Shown piece after piece: positions 1 through 10,809 of a stretch of DNA of 39,074 nucleotides. Source of the DNA: an uncultured Methanoculleus sp. GTDB taxonomy: Archaea; Halobacteriota; Methanomicrobia; Methanomicrobiales; Methanoculleaceae. Within the stretch, counting starts at the first letter, position 1. Every line of letters starts with the position of its first letter. The notes beneath the pieces were generated by a model. That model saw nothing but the letters and a program-made list of their open reading frames with translations, was not told the origin of the DNA and did no database searches. The position numbers were made by a program, and so were the translations under genes. The stretch is taken from NCBI GenBank assembly GCA_964651285.1, contig CAZYWX010000001.1, positions 1 to 39,074 of the forward strand, read 5' to 3'.

Positions 1-1231
1 CGCCATGGGCCGGGATGACATGCTGCGGGTTTAAGAGGTGCAGGAACTCGTAGTGATCCTCCCGGTAGGCGTGGCCTGAGACATGCAGTTCATCAAAGAT
101 CCGTGCGCCGGACATCTGTGCACGGGCTTCGATCAGGTGGCGCTGTCCGCGGTTCATCGGGTTCGGGATCACCCGGGCAGAGAAGAGAACCTTGTCGCCT
201 TTCTCTATCCTGAACGGGGTCTCCCCCATCACGATCCTTGTCAGGGTGGCGCCAGGCTCTCCCTGGTGACCGGTGACGATCGGGAGGAACTTGTCTTTTC
301 CGGTCTTCATGATCCGCCGCAGCGTCCGGTCGACGGTCCGCCGGTTGCCGAACATCGAGAGGCTCTCCGGGAACGCGACCAATTTCAGCTGCTCGGCCGC
401 CGAGCTGTAACGTTCCATCGACCGCCCGAGGAGGACCGGTTTTCTGCCGATCTCATGGGCACATTCGGCGATAGATTTGACGCGGGAGATGTGCGATGCG
501 AACGTGGAGACAACGATCGCGTTCTTGTCGTCCTCGTAGCTGGTGAGGGTGTCCCTGACCAGGTCCCGCGCGATTCTCTCGCTCGGGCAGCGTCCTTTAT
601 CGTTGATGTTTGTACTCTCCACGATCAGAGCAAGCACCCCTTCCTTTCCGATCTGCCGTAACCTGGCAAAGTTTGGCGGGTCGCCGAGCACCGGTGTCCG
701 GTCGAGCTTGAAGTCGTTCGCGTAGACGATCGCGCCTTTTGGTGTGTGCAGGACCGGGAAGACGGTGTCGATGATCGAATGCTGGCTCCGCACAAACTCG
801 AGTGTGAGCCTCGGGGAGATCGTGTAGCGCTGTCCGGCTCTCAGGGCAAAAAGTTTGTTGTTTACGCCAAACTTTCTCTCACCTGCGATCTCCTGCCTGA
901 TCAGTTCTGAGGTATACGGTGTGCTGATGATGGGGGCATTGTAACGGTGCGCAAGTTTTGGTATCGCGCCGATGTGGTCCAGATGCCCGTGCGAACAGAC
1001 GATCGCCTTGACACTTCCCTCTACCGAATTCATGATGGTGTCATCAGGAATGGCTTTCATCTCGATCAGGTCCAGGGAATGCATGCTCTCGATATCAGCA
1101 TCCTCATGGATCATCACCTGGTCAAGACGCAGACCCATATCAAAGATGACAATCTCTTTTCCGCAGCGGACGGCGGTCATATTTCTGCCGACTTCGTTAT
1201 ACCCGCCCACTGCTATAATCTCAATATCCAT
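1..1231 (-). CDS. rnj: Ribonuclease J (beta-CASP metallo-beta-lactamase), 3' end runs off the window
   Basis: Translated by hand (absent from the ORF track because there is no stop in the window): MDIEIIAVGGYNEVGRNMTAV...SHGHLDHIGA (HxHxDH motif)...HVSGHA; usual position after fni. Confidence 0.93.
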   Translation of the reverse strand, partial: MDIEIIAVGGYNEVGRNMTAVRCGKEIVIFDMGLRLDQVMIHEDADIESMHSLDLIEMKAIPDDTIMNSVEGSVKAIVCSHGHLDHIGAIPKLAHRYNAPIISTPYTSELIRQEIAGERKFGVNNKLFALRAGQRYTISPRLTLEFVRSQHSIIDTVFPVLHTPKGAIVYANDFKLDRTPVLGDPPNFARLRQIGKEGVLALIVESTNINDKGRCPSERIARDLVRDTLTSYEDDKNAIVVSTFASHISRVKSIAECAHEIGRKPVLLGRSMERYSSAAEQLKLVAFPESLSMFGNRRTVDRTLRRIMKTGKDKFLPIVTGHQGEPGATLTRIVMGETPFRIEKGDKVLFSARVIPNPMNRGQRHLIEARAQMSGARIFDELHVSGHAYREDHYEFLHLLNPQHVIPAHG

Positions 1232-1274
1232 GTAACTTCCTCGTAACTACCGATTTTTCGGGTTGTTTTTGTAA

Positions 1275-2327
1275 TTAGCCGTTGTTTTCAATCATTTGTC
1301 GGGTCAATCCAGTTATATACGTCCGTGCGTGCGAAAGATCCCGTATCCTCCGAGATCCGGTCAGGAACATCGCCACCTCGAGTTCGCGGTGTATCGTCTC
1401 CACGGCTGCAAAGAGCGCCTCATCGCTCTTCATCGCCGGTTGTAAGAGAGGGAGCGCCATGCCCCCAAGATCCGCTCCGAGTGCTATTGTCTTGGCAATA
1501 TCTATCCCTGAACGCAGTCCGCCCGTCGCAATGATCGGGCCTCCTGTTGTTCGCACCTCGCAGAGGCTTACCATCGTCGGTATGCCCCAGGAGAGAAACG
1601 CTTTTCCGAGATCGGCAAGCCCGGGGTCTTCAGTCCGCAGACACTCTACTTTTGCCCAGGACGTCCCTCCATAGCCGCCGATATCTATGGCACTCGCTCC
1701 CGCTCCCCAGATCACCCGCGCCGTTTCGGCCGATATGCCGGAACCGGTCTCTTTCACGATGACCGGGTGATTGAGTTCCTTGCAGAGGTGACGGAGTGCT
1801 TCCAGGCACCCCTCGGTGTTATGATCACCTTCTGGCTGAATCGCTTCCTGGAGCGAATTGATGTGGATGGCGATTGCCTGTGCATCGATCATCTCGACAG
1901 CCCGTTCTGCCCACTCGATACCGTGGTCACGGAGCTGGATGATCCCCAGGTTGGCACAGAGGAAGGCATGCGGTGCTTCCTCCCGCACGACAACAAAACT
2001 CTCTTCCAGTTCGGGATTTTCCAGTGCCGCTCGCTGAGAACCGACGCCCATACCGAGATTATACCGCTCGGCGGCTCGTGCAAGCCGCCGGTTCACCTCG
2101 AGGGTGTCCGGATGTCCCCCGGTCATCGCTGCAATAAAGAGAGGTGACCCGAGTGTTGCGCCAAGGAACTCGGTCCTGATATCGATCGCATCCATATCGC
2201 ACTCAGGAAGGGCGTTATGGACCAGCCGCACGTCCCCAAATCCGGCATCCCCGGTCTCGACATCTTTCTCGCAACAGATGATCAGGTGGTCCCGTTTTCG
2301 TGAGGATGTGATGCCTCCCTGCGTCAC
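1275..2327 (-). CDS. fni: Type 2 isopentenyl-diphosphate delta-isomerase
   Basis: RKRDH, AMTGG, GVGSQR, VKETGSG, GGTSW motifs; context mvk-ipk-fni. Confidence 0.96.
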   Translation of the reverse strand: MTQGGITSSRKRDHLIICCEKDVETGDAGFGDVRLVHNALPECDMDAIDIRTEFLGATLGSPLFIAAMTGGHPDTLEVNRRLARAAERYNLGMGVGSQRAALENPELEESFVVVREEAPHAFLCANLGIIQLRDHGIEWAERAVEMIDAQAIAIHINSLQEAIQPEGDHNTEGCLEALRHLCKELNHPVIVKETGSGISAETARVIWGAGASAIDIGGYGGTSWAKVECLRTEDPGLADLGKAFLSWGIPTMVSLCEVRTTGGPIIATGGLRSGIDIAKTIALGADLGGMALPLLQPAMKSDEALFAAVETIHRELEVAMFLTGSRRIRDLSHARTYITGLTRQMIENNG

Positions 2328-3091
2328 GCTCTGCCTCCCCTGGTTACAAGAGTTCCGCCATGGTCTGCGCCGTCCAGGAACCGACCGATCTGTGAGACAT
2401 GGAAGATATGCGAATCGGTCCCGGCGTCAGCAAGTGCCAGGAGTTCTGCGATCTTGCCTCCCATCCCCCCGGTCACATCGGTGTTTCCTGAACCGCCGAT
2501 AGCCAGGCTCTCTGCTCTATCCCGGTCGATGCGGGGGACGACCGATCCCTTCTGGAGAACGCCTGCGACATCGGTTGCCAGCCCCACGCGTCTGCTCCCG
2601 AGAGCCGTGGCAAGACGGGTCACCACCTGGTCGCCAGATACGATGCAGGCTCCCTGCAGGCGGTCCATCACCACATCGCCGTGCAGCACGGGGAGAATGC
2701 CGTGTCTGATCATTTCGGCGATGTGACGGGTCTCGAGCGAGACCAGACGTCCGCCTTCGGCAAGAGCCAGGTCGAGAGGATGGATACCGATCGCCTCGAT
2801 CCCTGCGTCCCGCAGGAGATCGACGACCGCGGCGTTCAGACGCGAGACCGCGGCATGCGTGCGGTAGACCCCGGGGACGTTCTCTGCGGTGAGCCCTTCA
2901 TGGATCTGATAGCGTTGTGCTTCTGGGTGCCCGCACGATCCAGCGCCATGGACCAGCAGAAGGGGTATCCCGCTCCGTGCGGCGACCTGGTCTGCGATCT
3001 TGCGCATCCGTGCACGATCAAGAGCGCAGGGGCCCGACTTATCGGTGATCACGCTCCCGCCCAGTTTCAGAATAACCAGCCCCTCAGTCAT
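2324..3091 (-). CDS. ipk: Isopentenyl phosphate kinase
   Basis: Start reassigned to MTEGLVILKLGGSVITDK; VHGAGSCGH, PVLHGD, DVTGGMGGK motifs. Confidence 0.93.
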   Translation of the reverse strand: MTEGLVILKLGGSVITDKSGPCALDRARMRKIADQVAARSGIPLLLVHGAGSCGHPEAQRYQIHEGLTAENVPGVYRTHAAVSRLNAAVVDLLRDAGIEAIGIHPLDLALAEGGRLVSLETRHIAEMIRHGILPVLHGDVVMDRLQGACIVSGDQVVTRLATALGSRRVGLATDVAGVLQKGSVVPRIDRDRAESLAIGGSGNTDVTGGMGGKIAELLALADAGTDSHIFHVSQIGRFLDGADHGGTLVTRGGRA

Positions 3092-3956
3092 GCTTTTCTT
3101 TCCTTGCGCCATCGGTATCGATGCTGGTGATGATCGCTCTTCCTTCACAGGCCTCAATGGCACCGGCGATCCGGTTCTTTGCACGCCGGGGGCAGAGAGC
3201 GACGATACACCCGCCACCTCCAGCCCCGGTGATCTTTGCCCCGTGAGCCCCGCTTGCCCTTGCGGCAAGGATGAGTCTGCTGCTTGCCGGATGCCCCACG
3301 CCGAGCGCCTCCAGGAGGGCGTTGTTTATGTCCATGCACCGTCCCAGTTTCTGGGGGTCGTTGAAACTGTGGAGGGCGGTCAGCGTCACGGCCTCAATGC
3401 CGTCCAGGATCGGGTCTGCAACCTCAGGATATTTCCTCTTGAGGTTGGCGACCCGCCTGACCATCTTTGCGGTGTTGTGTGAGACCATGGTATTCCCCAC
3501 GACGATGTGGAGGCGACGCTGTGGGACGAGGCGACGCTTGGTGTTCCCGCTGATGAGCACCATTCCTCCCTTTGTGGAGACGTAGGTGTCGGTGGGACTT
3601 GCCCTTCCTCTCTGGACTTTCTTCTCGATAGAGAATGCTATATCCGCGATCTCGTCACGGCTGTGCCCGAGGTTGAACTCGTCGTTGATGGCACAGAGCG
3701 TTGCTACCGTCACCGCTGCCGATGACCCAAGCCCTGATGAGCTCTGGAGCTGGGAGCGGATATAGACACTGCCCCGGACACCCATCCGCTTGAAACATTC
3801 GTTGATGTAGGGTGACCTGGGCCGGGTCGGATTTTTTGCCTTTCTCACCGTGGCGAAGACCCGGGGTTTGATTGCCATCGCTACGCCTGGTTTCCCATAT
3901 ACTACCGCATGCTCGCCGAACAGGAATACCTTGCCCGGCGCGCTCCACGTTGCCAA
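3084..3956 (-). CDS. mvk: Mevalonate kinase
   Basis: APGKVFLFGEHAVVYG, GLGSSAA, KITGAGGGG GHMP motifs; TTG start. Confidence 0.96.
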   Translation of the reverse strand: MATWSAPGKVFLFGEHAVVYGKPGVAMAIKPRVFATVRKAKNPTRPRSPYINECFKRMGVRGSVYIRSQLQSSSGLGSSAAVTVATLCAINDEFNLGHSRDEIADIAFSIEKKVQRGRASPTDTYVSTKGGMVLISGNTKRRLVPQRRLHIVVGNTMVSHNTAKMVRRVANLKRKYPEVADPILDGIEAVTLTALHSFNDPQKLGRCMDINNALLEALGVGHPASSRLILAARASGAHGAKITGAGGGGCIVALCPRRAKNRIAGAIEACEGRAIITSIDTDGARKEKHD

Positions 3957-3957
3957 T

Positions 3958-4752
3958 TTATACCACCGCTATCGCTGCATACCCCACTACCTGATCACGA
4001 TCTCCTGTCACATCGCCACTGGTCGTATACCTGAGCAGTTCTGCTCTCTCAGCGCCGAGTCCCCGGCAGGTGATGCAGAGGGTCGCGATCGGGCCGTAGC
4101 CGCATGCCGTAGCGCCGGTCTCCTGGAGCCTGCGGTAAAACTCAAGCACGTCCAGGTTTTTGAGCGCGTCGATCGCGTAGAGGTCCTGTCTCCGGGCAAC
4201 CTCGTCCGGGACATAATGCGAAAAATCGCTTGATGCGACGATCCGCACATCCCTCGCCGTCTGTTTTTGTGCCCTGAGCAGGCGCTCAGCAAGGCTCACC
4301 GCCGCTTCAATACTCTGGTCACCCATCATAACCGGCGCAACCCTCGCTCTCGGGAACCGGTACCTGATGATGGGCATCTGGACCTCGATTGAATGTTCGC
4401 TCAGGTGCGACCTCTCATCTATCTCGATATCAAGCGCGTCGACGAACTCCTTATCGACATCGACGATTCCGAGTGGTGTCTCCCACGGTACAGCAGATGC
4501 GGAGGTCATGTACCCCCGGTGGCTGGGACCGATGACGACGAATGTGCCGTCAAAATCAGGTGGTATGGTAGAGAAGGCACAGGCTCCTGTCTCCCCCGAG
4601 TAGATGTAGCCTGCATGGGGAGCGACGATGCCCCGTGCGTTCGTGATGCCTGGTCGCCTGGTCTGGAAGAAGATCTCCAGCAACTGCTCCAGGTGCCTGG
4701 GCTCGGCAGGATAAAACATTCCCGCTACACTGCATGGGCGCATATCCATCAA
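3958..4752 (-). CDS. MEMO1 family protein (AmmeMemoRadiSam protein B-like)
   Basis: VAGMFYP, PHAGYIYSG, EHSIEVQ, SSDFSHY, CGYGP, YTTSGD motifs; start may be a few codons downstream. Confidence 0.92.
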   Translation of the reverse strand: MMDMRPCSVAGMFYPAEPRHLEQLLEIFFQTRRPGITNARGIVAPHAGYIYSGETGACAFSTIPPDFDGTFVVIGPSHRGYMTSASAVPWETPLGIVDVDKEFVDALDIEIDERSHLSEHSIEVQMPIIRYRFPRARVAPVMMGDQSIEAAVSLAERLLRAQKQTARDVRIVASSDFSHYVPDEVARRQDLYAIDALKNLDVLEFYRRLQETGATACGYGPIATLCITCRGLGAERAELLRYTTSGDVTGDRDQVVGYAAIAVV

Positions 4753-4778
4753 TGGTTGAGCTCTTGTGCCTTCGGTTT

Positions 4779-5387
4779 TTATAACTCTGTCTCAAAATCT
4801 TCGGGAGTGAGCGTCGTGGTCACTCCACGCAGTCTGAGCACTTCCCTGGTCAGGAGGTAGTAGACCATTGAGAGCGCTTTTCTTCCCTTGTTGTTGGTGG
4901 GGATGACCAGGTCGATATACTTGGTCATGTTGTTGCTGTCGCAGAGAGCGACGATCGGGATACCTGTCTGGACAGCCTCGGTGATCGCCTGCGCATCACC
5001 CGTGGGGTCGGTCACCACGACCACGTCGGGCTCGATATACTTGTTCAGGCGCTGGTTAGTAAGCATCCCCGGGATGAACCGACCGATGACCGCCATGCCG
5101 TTGATGGCATCAGCAAACTTCTTGGCGGGATACTGCCCGTACTGGCGGGAGGTGACGACCAGGACCTTCGCAGGGTCATACCGTGCGATGAACTTCGCGG
5201 CGGTCTTGATCCGCTCATCGGTCGCCCGGATATCCAGGATGTACAGCCCATCGCCGCGGACGCGGTAGATGTACTTCATCATGTCCTTGCTCTTCTGCTG
5301 AGTACCGATGTGCACACCTGCTGCAAGGTACTCTTCCACGGGTATCAGTGGTTCTTTCAGTTCGATTTCCAGTTCGTTTCCAGTCAA
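4779..5387 (-). CDS. rps2: 30S ribosomal protein S2
   Basis: [34 protein letters not shown]. Confidence 0.97.
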   Translation of the reverse strand: MTGNELEIELKEPLIPVEEYLAAGVHIGTQQKSKDMMKYIYRVRGDGLYILDIRATDERIKTAAKFIARYDPAKVLVVTSRQYGQYPAKKFADAINGMAVIGRFIPGMLTNQRLNKYIEPDVVVVTDPTGDAQAITEAVQTGIPIVALCDSNNMTKYIDLVIPTNNKGRKALSMVYYLLTREVLRLRGVTTTLTPEDFETEL

Positions 5388-5388
5388 G

Positions 5389-6579
5389 CTAGATCAGCTC
5401 CTCTATGCGAATCAGTTCATTCAGTTTGGCAATCCGTTCCCCGCCGACCGCGCCGGTCTTGAGGAATACACATTCGAATGCAGTGGCCAGGTGGGCGATC
5501 GTTGCGTCGGTGGTCTCTCCAGACCGGTGACTCATGACCGTCTCCATGCCGCTCTTCCGGGCGAGGTGTATCGCCTCGAAGGTCTCGGTGAGCGTTCCTA
5601 TCTGGTTCGGTTTGATCAGTACGCAGTTTGCCGCGCCGGTCTCGATCCCTTTCGTGATCCGTTCAACATTGGTCACGAAGAGGTCGTCTCCGCAGATCAG
5701 GCAGTGATGGTCGCCGACCTCTCTGGTCAGGTCGGCGAACCCCTCAAAGTCCTCCTCGTAAAGGGGGTCTTCGATGTAGATGAGGTTGTAGCGGTCAACC
5801 AGATCGAGCATGTAGGCGATCTGGTCTTCAGTGGTCAGGTCGCCATCCTTGTAATGGTAATGCCTGCCGTCCCAGAGTTCGCTTGCCGCCACGTCGATTC
5901 CCATACGGATCTCGACGTTCATCTCGTCTGAGACTGTGGCGATAGCTTCGCTGAGGATCTCAAACGCCTCGGTATCAGCTATTGCGGGTGCCCAGGCACC
6001 TTCGTCTCCTTTCCCGGAGAGTTTTCCTCGTTTCTGCAGGATCTTTTTCACCGTCGCATGAACGGCAGCGTTCACGAAGACGCCCTCCGATGCGCCTGAA
6101 GCGCCGGTGGGGACCACCAGGAATTCCTGGATGGACGTGGCGTTGGGGGCGTGCGCGCCTCCGCCGATGATGTTGCCCAGGGGCAGGGGTGTCTGGCTGG
6201 CAAATGCGCCGCCCAGGTACTGATAGAGTTCAAGTTCAAGAGACGATGCGGCTGCCTTCGCACACGCAAGTGAGAGGGCTACCGCGACGTTTGCGCCGAT
6301 CGAACTGAAGTCTGATGTTCCGTCGATCTCCCGCAACCGTGCGTCGAACGTGATCTGATCGCGAGTGTCCTCGCCGATGAGTGATGGAATCAGGTTCTTC
6401 TCTGCGTCCTCGACGGCCTCTCGTGCCGGCCGCACCTTTGCCTCGTAGGTCCCGGTGCTGGCACCACTGGGTGCCGATGCCCGCCCAAAGCCGCAGTCTG
6501 TGTAGATCTCGGCCTCGACGGTCTCGTTTCCGCGGCTGTCCAGGATTGTTCTCAGGATGATCTCTTCGATGGTCGTCAT
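5389..6579 (-). CDS. eno: Enolase (short archaeal type)
   Basis: [42 protein letters not shown]. Confidence 0.96.
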   Translation of the reverse strand: MTTIEEIILRTILDSRGNETVEAEIYTDCGFGRASAPSGASTGTYEAKVRPAREAVEDAEKNLIPSLIGEDTRDQITFDARLREIDGTSDFSSIGANVAVALSLACAKAAASSLELELYQYLGGAFASQTPLPLGNIIGGGAHAPNATSIQEFLVVPTGASGASEGVFVNAAVHATVKKILQKRGKLSGKGDEGAWAPAIADTEAFEILSEAIATVSDEMNVEIRMGIDVAASELWDGRHYHYKDGDLTTEDQIAYMLDLVDRYNLIYIEDPLYEEDFEGFADLTREVGDHHCLICGDDLFVTNVERITKGIETGAANCVLIKPNQIGTLTETFEAIHLARKSGMETVMSHRSGETTDATIAHLATAFECVFLKTGAVGGERIAKLNELIRIEELI

Positions 6580-6586
6580 CAGATCA

Positions 6587-6754
6587 CTACTTTCTCTTCA
6601 CCGTTATAGGGATCACGCCTTGATCAAACTCTTCCAGTGCGATCTCGAGCGGCTCTGTATTCATCGTTTTAATCAAAACCGGTGCACCCATCGATATCTG
6701 CAGAGCACGAGCCCCTATAATCCGCGCTCGTTCGTATCGGGTATAAGATTCCAT
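6587..6754 (-). CDS. rpoK: DNA-directed RNA polymerase subunit K (Rpo6), 55 aa
   Basis: Translated by hand (below the ORF-track cut-off): [55 protein letters not shown]. Confidence 0.96.
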   Translation of the reverse strand: MESYTRYERARIIGARALQISMGAPVLIKTMNTEPLEIALEEFDQGVIPITVKRK

Positions 6755-6783
6755 CGTGCAGCCTCAAAACTTTAATAATAAAA

Positions 6784-6857
6784 TGGGGTCGCTGAGATTT
6801 GAACTCAGGTTACAGCGTCCCGAACGCCATAGGATGTCCAGGCTACCCTACGACCCC
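6784..6857 (-). tRNA. tRNA-Pro (anticodon CGG)
   Basis: Acceptor stem GGGGTCG/CGACCCC+A, anticodon loop TTCGGGA, T-arm CTGAG-TTCAAAT-CTCAG; no intron, CCA not encoded. Confidence 0.95.
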
Positions 6858-7046
6858 TCACTGATACGGATTCAGGTCCTCCACTATTTCCTTGTGCGTC
6901 AGCAGCATCCGCCTGCAACAGTAACGTTCCAGGCCGAGATCGTCGAGGATCCGTTTTGGATCCTCGCCGGCATCCCGCCGCTCGTTGAACTCCTTCCAGG
7001 CTGGAGAGATGACCTTACCGCATGTAAAACATCGTACGGGTATCAT
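6858..7046 (-). CDS. rpoN: DNA-directed RNA polymerase subunit N (Rpo10)
   Basis: [11 protein letters not shown]...[11 protein letters not shown]. Confidence 0.97.
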   Translation of the reverse strand: MIPVRCFTCGKVISPAWKEFNERRDAGEDPKRILDDLGLERYCCRRMLLTHKEIVEDLNPYQ

Positions 7047-7082
7047 AATAATGTACCTGCTCTCCTTATATCCCTTTTCCTC

Positions 7083-7484
7083 TCACCGGTAGGATTTCTG
7101 GTATCTTGCCCGTGCACCTGGACCGTGCGGCTTCTTGGACTCTTTCTGCCGTGAGTCATTCACGAGCAGCGTGCGGTCGTATGCCAGGAAGGCGTCCTTA
7201 ATCTGCGGATCGTTGTGCCACTCTACAATGCCGCGCGCCAGTGCCGTACGGACTGCCTCGGCCTGACCCACTGCACCGCCGCCGGAGACATCGATTGCTG
7301 CGTCGACGCCGTCGAGTGCGCTTGGGACCAGCAGCAGGGGTTCAGCGATCTTCATGCGCATCAGTTCTGTCCCGTAGACCTCCAGGGGCACGGAGTTGAT
7401 GCGGACCCGGCCGTTGCCGGGTTTCAGGGTCGCCCGCGCAATTGCCGTCTTCCTCTTACCGCTTGTATTGATGATCTTTGCCAT
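7083..7484 (-). CDS. rps9: 30S ribosomal protein S9
   Basis: [22 protein letters not shown]-terminal [11 protein letters not shown]. Confidence 0.97.
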   Translation of the reverse strand: MAKIINTSGKRKTAIARATLKPGNGRVRINSVPLEVYGTELMRMKIAEPLLLVPSALDGVDAAIDVSGGGAVGQAEAVRTALARGIVEWHNDPQIKDAFLAYDRTLLVNDSRQKESKKPHGPGARARYQKSYR

Positions 7485-7498
7485 TCCGTCACCTCATT

Positions 7499-7921
7499 TC
7501 AGTATTTTGCTCCGAGATTGGTGCTGATTGCTCCAACCGTTACATATCTCGGGTTGCTTAACCGGTCGATGTGGGCCACTTCAAGAGACTCTCTCTCCAT
7601 CGCGGAGAACTCAACCGGAACGCCTACGTAGACCTTGATCCGCTTAAACGCGGCGATACCCCGTTCGCGCTTGTACGGGAGCATGCCGCGGATGGTGCGC
7701 TTGATGATATGGTCGGGCCGGCGCGGGTAGAACGGGCCGCCCTCGCGGGACCCGCGGTTGCGCTTCCTGTAGTAGTCCGCGAGCACGTATGCCCGGTCCC
7801 CGGAGACGATTGCCTTCTCCGCGTTCACGATGGCGATCTCCTCACCGGCGAGCGCGCGCCCTGCGACGACGCTGGCCATTCTTCCGAGCAGTAATCCGTC
7901 TGCATCGATAACCGTAACCAT
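7499..7921 (-). CDS. rpl13: 50S ribosomal protein L13
   Basis: Start at [17 protein letters not shown]; [10 protein letters not shown]. Confidence 0.96.
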   Translation of the reverse strand: MVTVIDADGLLLGRMASVVAGRALAGEEIAIVNAEKAIVSGDRAYVLADYYRKRNRGSREGGPFYPRRPDHIIKRTIRGMLPYKRERGIAAFKRIKVYVGVPVEFSAMERESLEVAHIDRLSNPRYVTVGAISTNLGAKY

Positions 7922-7926
7922 TCGTC

Positions 7927-8295
7927 TCACCTGAGGATCCGTACCCTGCTCCCCTTCGGGTTATCCCGAACGAGGTCCTCGATGGTCATGCACGTCCCGT
8001 TGGCACCGGTGATCTTGCTCACCGCGGCCTCGGAGAAATCGAGCGCGGCGACCTTCACCGGCAGGTTGAGTGCGCCGCTGCCGAGCACCTTGCCCGGCAC
8101 CAGGATCGTCTCGCCTTCGTTTGCGTACCGGTCGATCTTGCTGAGGTTCACCTCGGCGTAGTTCTTCCGGGGCGCATCCAGCCTCTTTGCGATCTCGCGC
8201 CAGATATTCGCCTCATGCACGCGCGACGCATCTTTCAGCGTCACGATGAGGGCAGCCAGCCGGGGGTTTGTCTTCTTCTCGGTTGTCTTCTTCAT
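7927..8295 (-). CDS. rpl18e: 50S ribosomal protein L18e
   Basis: [24 protein letters not shown]. Confidence 0.96.
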   Translation of the reverse strand: MKKTTEKKTNPRLAALIVTLKDASRVHEANIWREIAKRLDAPRKNYAEVNLSKIDRYANEGETILVPGKVLGSGALNLPVKVAALDFSEAAVSKITGANGTCMTIEDLVRDNPKGSRVRILR

Positions 8296-9128
8296 TCAGT
8301 CCCCTCTCCCGTTATCTCATTCATCACGTCTACCAGGTCGTCTGATGTATTCTGGATATATTGTAGCGCTCTCTCGATGATCTCCCGGACAGGTATCGAG
8401 CCGTCGCTTTCCACCACAAAGATGAACCTGTTCTCGTCAGCATCGATATGGATGGCAGGTTCGGTGCCGATGCCACCGGCAAGACATGCCCGCTCGCAGA
8501 GCTTGCAGAGGGAACAGAACTCCTCGCGCCCTCTCACGACCTGAACCCGTTCTTTCCCGGGTTCGAGTTCGAGCACGCCTCGTGGGCACTCATCGGTGCA
8601 CATGCCGCATCCATCGCACTTCTCACTGATGGTGATCACCGGGTAGTTCTTGTAGCCACAGGCGGTGGTCGCCTGCCACTTGGCATGCTCCTTCCCGGTG
8701 TTGACGATGGCATGAGCCTCGAGCACGATCTTCTGGTCTCCGAAGAGCTCGACGATGGGAATATCCTCATCTGCCGGTGCGGCGTCGGGGTCCTGAGGTA
8801 TCAGGTCGCTTGAGTAGACCATTCCCGGTCCCTCGACAGAGAGTGTGTAGGTGGCGGTGCACATCGGACAACCGGCGCCTTCACAGGAACACTCTGCACG
8901 TGGCACATAGTGATCCAGGTCGGTCCGCAGGGGGATGAGCCCCAGCCGGTGTGCCAGCATCTCATCGAAGAGGACGCTTGTGTTGTCGTAGATCCGGACA
9001 TCTTCGATGGCGAGCGTCGGCACTTCGCTCATCATCGCCCGCCGAAGCATGTTGGCGAACGATACGGAAGCGCCGCTCAGGGTGAATTTGGCGACTCTCT
9101 CATCCAGGCGAGAAAACGCAATCTCCAT
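8292..9128 (-). CDS. rpoD: DNA-directed RNA polymerase subunit D (Rpo3) with ferredoxin-like Fe-S domain
   Basis: NMLRRAMMSEVPTLAI, LAHRLGLIPL, GKEHAKW; CDGCGMC...CP and CSLCKLC...C motifs. Confidence 0.96.
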   Translation of the reverse strand: MEIAFSRLDERVAKFTLSGASVSFANMLRRAMMSEVPTLAIEDVRIYDNTSVLFDEMLAHRLGLIPLRTDLDHYVPRAECSCEGAGCPMCTATYTLSVEGPGMVYSSDLIPQDPDAAPADEDIPIVELFGDQKIVLEAHAIVNTGKEHAKWQATTACGYKNYPVITISEKCDGCGMCTDECPRGVLELEPGKERVQVVRGREEFCSLCKLCERACLAGGIGTEPAIHIDADENRFIFVVESDGSIPVREIIERALQYIQNTSDDLVDVMNEITGEGTE

Positions 9129-9517
9129 TACACTCTCCTTCCTCTCCGTCCGCCCTTCGCGCGGATACCGTCGTGGGGGACCGGAGTGACGTCTTCGATG
9201 CGGCCGATCCGTATCCCTGCACGCGCAAGGGCGCGGATCGCTGCCTGAGCACCTGGACCAGGGCTTCGCTGTTTCCCCCGCCCTGGCGCACGCACCTTCA
9301 CGTGGACGCCGGTGATCCCTTTGTCACGTGCGTTCTGGGCGACCTCGTTTGCCATCTGCATGGCTGCGTAGGGGGAACTTTCGTTCCTGTCCTGTTTCAC
9401 GACCATGCCACCACTGCTTTTGGTGATCGTCTCGGCTCCAGAGAGGTCGGTGATGGTGATGATGGTGTTGTTGAAGGAGGCGTAGATGTGTGCAATGCCC
9501 CATTTCTCGTTTGCCAT
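9128..9517 (-). CDS. rps11: 30S ribosomal protein S11
   Basis: [29 protein letters not shown]. Confidence 0.97.
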   Translation of the reverse strand: MANEKWGIAHIYASFNNTIITITDLSGAETITKSSGGMVVKQDRNESSPYAAMQMANEVAQNARDKGITGVHVKVRAPGRGKQRSPGPGAQAAIRALARAGIRIGRIEDVTPVPHDGIRAKGGRRGRRV

Positions 9518-9521
9518 GGTG

Positions 9522-10070
9522 TTACCTCACTCCTGCATGGGAGATACGGCTTCTCTCGGGATGAACCTCGTTCGTGAACGGAGAGGTGCCGTAGTAGCTG
9601 ATCTCAGACTCTTCGGCTCTGGAGACCCGGTAACTGGGCACAGTCACCCGGCGACCTGAGATCGCGATGTGACCGTGGGTGATGAACTGTCGGGCCTGCT
9701 TGGGCGAGCGCGCGAGGCCTTTCCGCAGGACCAGCGTCTGGAGACGGCGGTCGAGTTGCTGCTCGATCTTCAAGGCGAGGATATCGTCGAGATCGGCGTC
9801 TTCACCGACGAGACCATAGCGGTAGAGGTGGTTGATGAGCTGCTCTTTCTTCTTCTGGTACTCATCCGGGTCGAGGCCCGCTGACCTGAGCGCCACCAGT
9901 TCACGGGCGGCAGCCCGGTATTCCCGCAGGACGCTCTGGGCCTTCCAGACTTCACGCTTGTTCCGGAGCCCGTATTCGATGATGAGTCGCTTCTCGTCCT
10001 CGAGCTGCGTAGCCTCAAACCGCCGCTTGGGCGTCGAGTACTGTTTGTAGTTCTTTCCAGGATATCCCAT
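9522..10070 (-). CDS. rps4: 30S ribosomal protein S4
   Basis: [29 protein letters not shown]. Confidence 0.97.
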   Translation of the reverse strand: MGYPGKNYKQYSTPKRRFEATQLEDEKRLIIEYGLRNKREVWKAQSVLREYRAAARELVALRSAGLDPDEYQKKKEQLINHLYRYGLVGEDADLDDILALKIEQQLDRRLQTLVLRKGLARSPKQARQFITHGHIAISGRRVTVPSYRVSRAEESEISYYGTSPFTNEVHPERSRISHAGVR

Positions 10071-10084
10071 TCTCGATCACCGCG

Positions 10085-10573
10085 TTACTCTTTCTTCCCG
10101 GCGGCAGTCTTCTTGGCAGCAGCAACAAGTTTCTTCCTGCTGACACCGACTGTCGTGCCTGTTCTTCCGGAGGATCTGGTGCGCTGACCGCGGACCTTCT
10201 GCCCGGTCTCGTGCCTGATACCACGGTAGCTGCGCATCTTGCGCATGCGGTTGATATCATCATCGGTTGCCATGGTAAGGTCGGTCCCAAGAAGGTGGCG
10301 GACCTCGCCGGTATAGACATCCTTTGGCCGGTTTACCATCCAGTCTGGCACCTGCTCAGCGTAGGTCTCGACGACGTCTGCGATCTTCGCGACCGATTCG
10401 TCGTCCAGTTTCCCGAGCACGGCATCAGGGTCGACTCCGGCGAGAGCGACGATAGCGCGCGCTGTGCGCGGACCGACGCCCTTGATGCCGGTCAGTGCGG
10501 TCTGCACTGTCCTGGTGCCGTCGAGATCAGTGTTGCTGATCCGAACAAAGTACTTTATCTCTTCTTCATCCAT
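10085..10573 (-). CDS. rps13: 30S ribosomal protein S13
   Basis: [28 protein letters not shown]. Confidence 0.97.
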   Translation of the reverse strand: MDEEEIKYFVRISNTDLDGTRTVQTALTGIKGVGPRTARAIVALAGVDPDAVLGKLDDESVAKIADVVETYAEQVPDWMVNRPKDVYTGEVRHLLGTDLTMATDDDINRMRKMRSYRGIRHETGQKVRGQRTRSSGRTGTTVGVSRKKLVAAAKKTAAGKKE

Positions 10574-10607
10574 GTCTTCGCCTCATCATCGACGTTGTCG
10601 GTGAAAG

Positions 10608-10691
10608 CGCTGAGGGAGGGATTTGAACCCTCGAGTCCCGAAGGACACAGGTTTAGCAAACCTGCGCCATACCAGGCTTGGCTACCTCAAC
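10608..10691 (-). tRNA. tRNA-Ser (anticodon GCT)
   Basis: Acceptor GTTGAGG/CCTCAGC+G, anticodon arm CAGGT-TTGCTAA-ACCTG, long variable arm GTCC-TTCG-GGAC, T-arm GAGGG-TTCAAAT-CCCTC. Confidence 0.96.
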
Positions 10692-10809
10692 ATTTTGAAT
10701 TTCGCGTCTTTCGACACTCGCAGCACGTGGGTGCTGCTCCAGACACAGCATTTTCTATGACTTGTGCCTAGGTATTTTTGCACGATAGCCTAATAATGGT
10801 TGTGGTGGT

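Noticed and set aside
2324-3268. Long N-terminal extensions in the ORF track (ipk from 3268, cfbD from 26682, DUF447 from 23133, polX from 32147)
   Set aside because: They overlap upstream genes; family-like sequence starts at the downstream start codons
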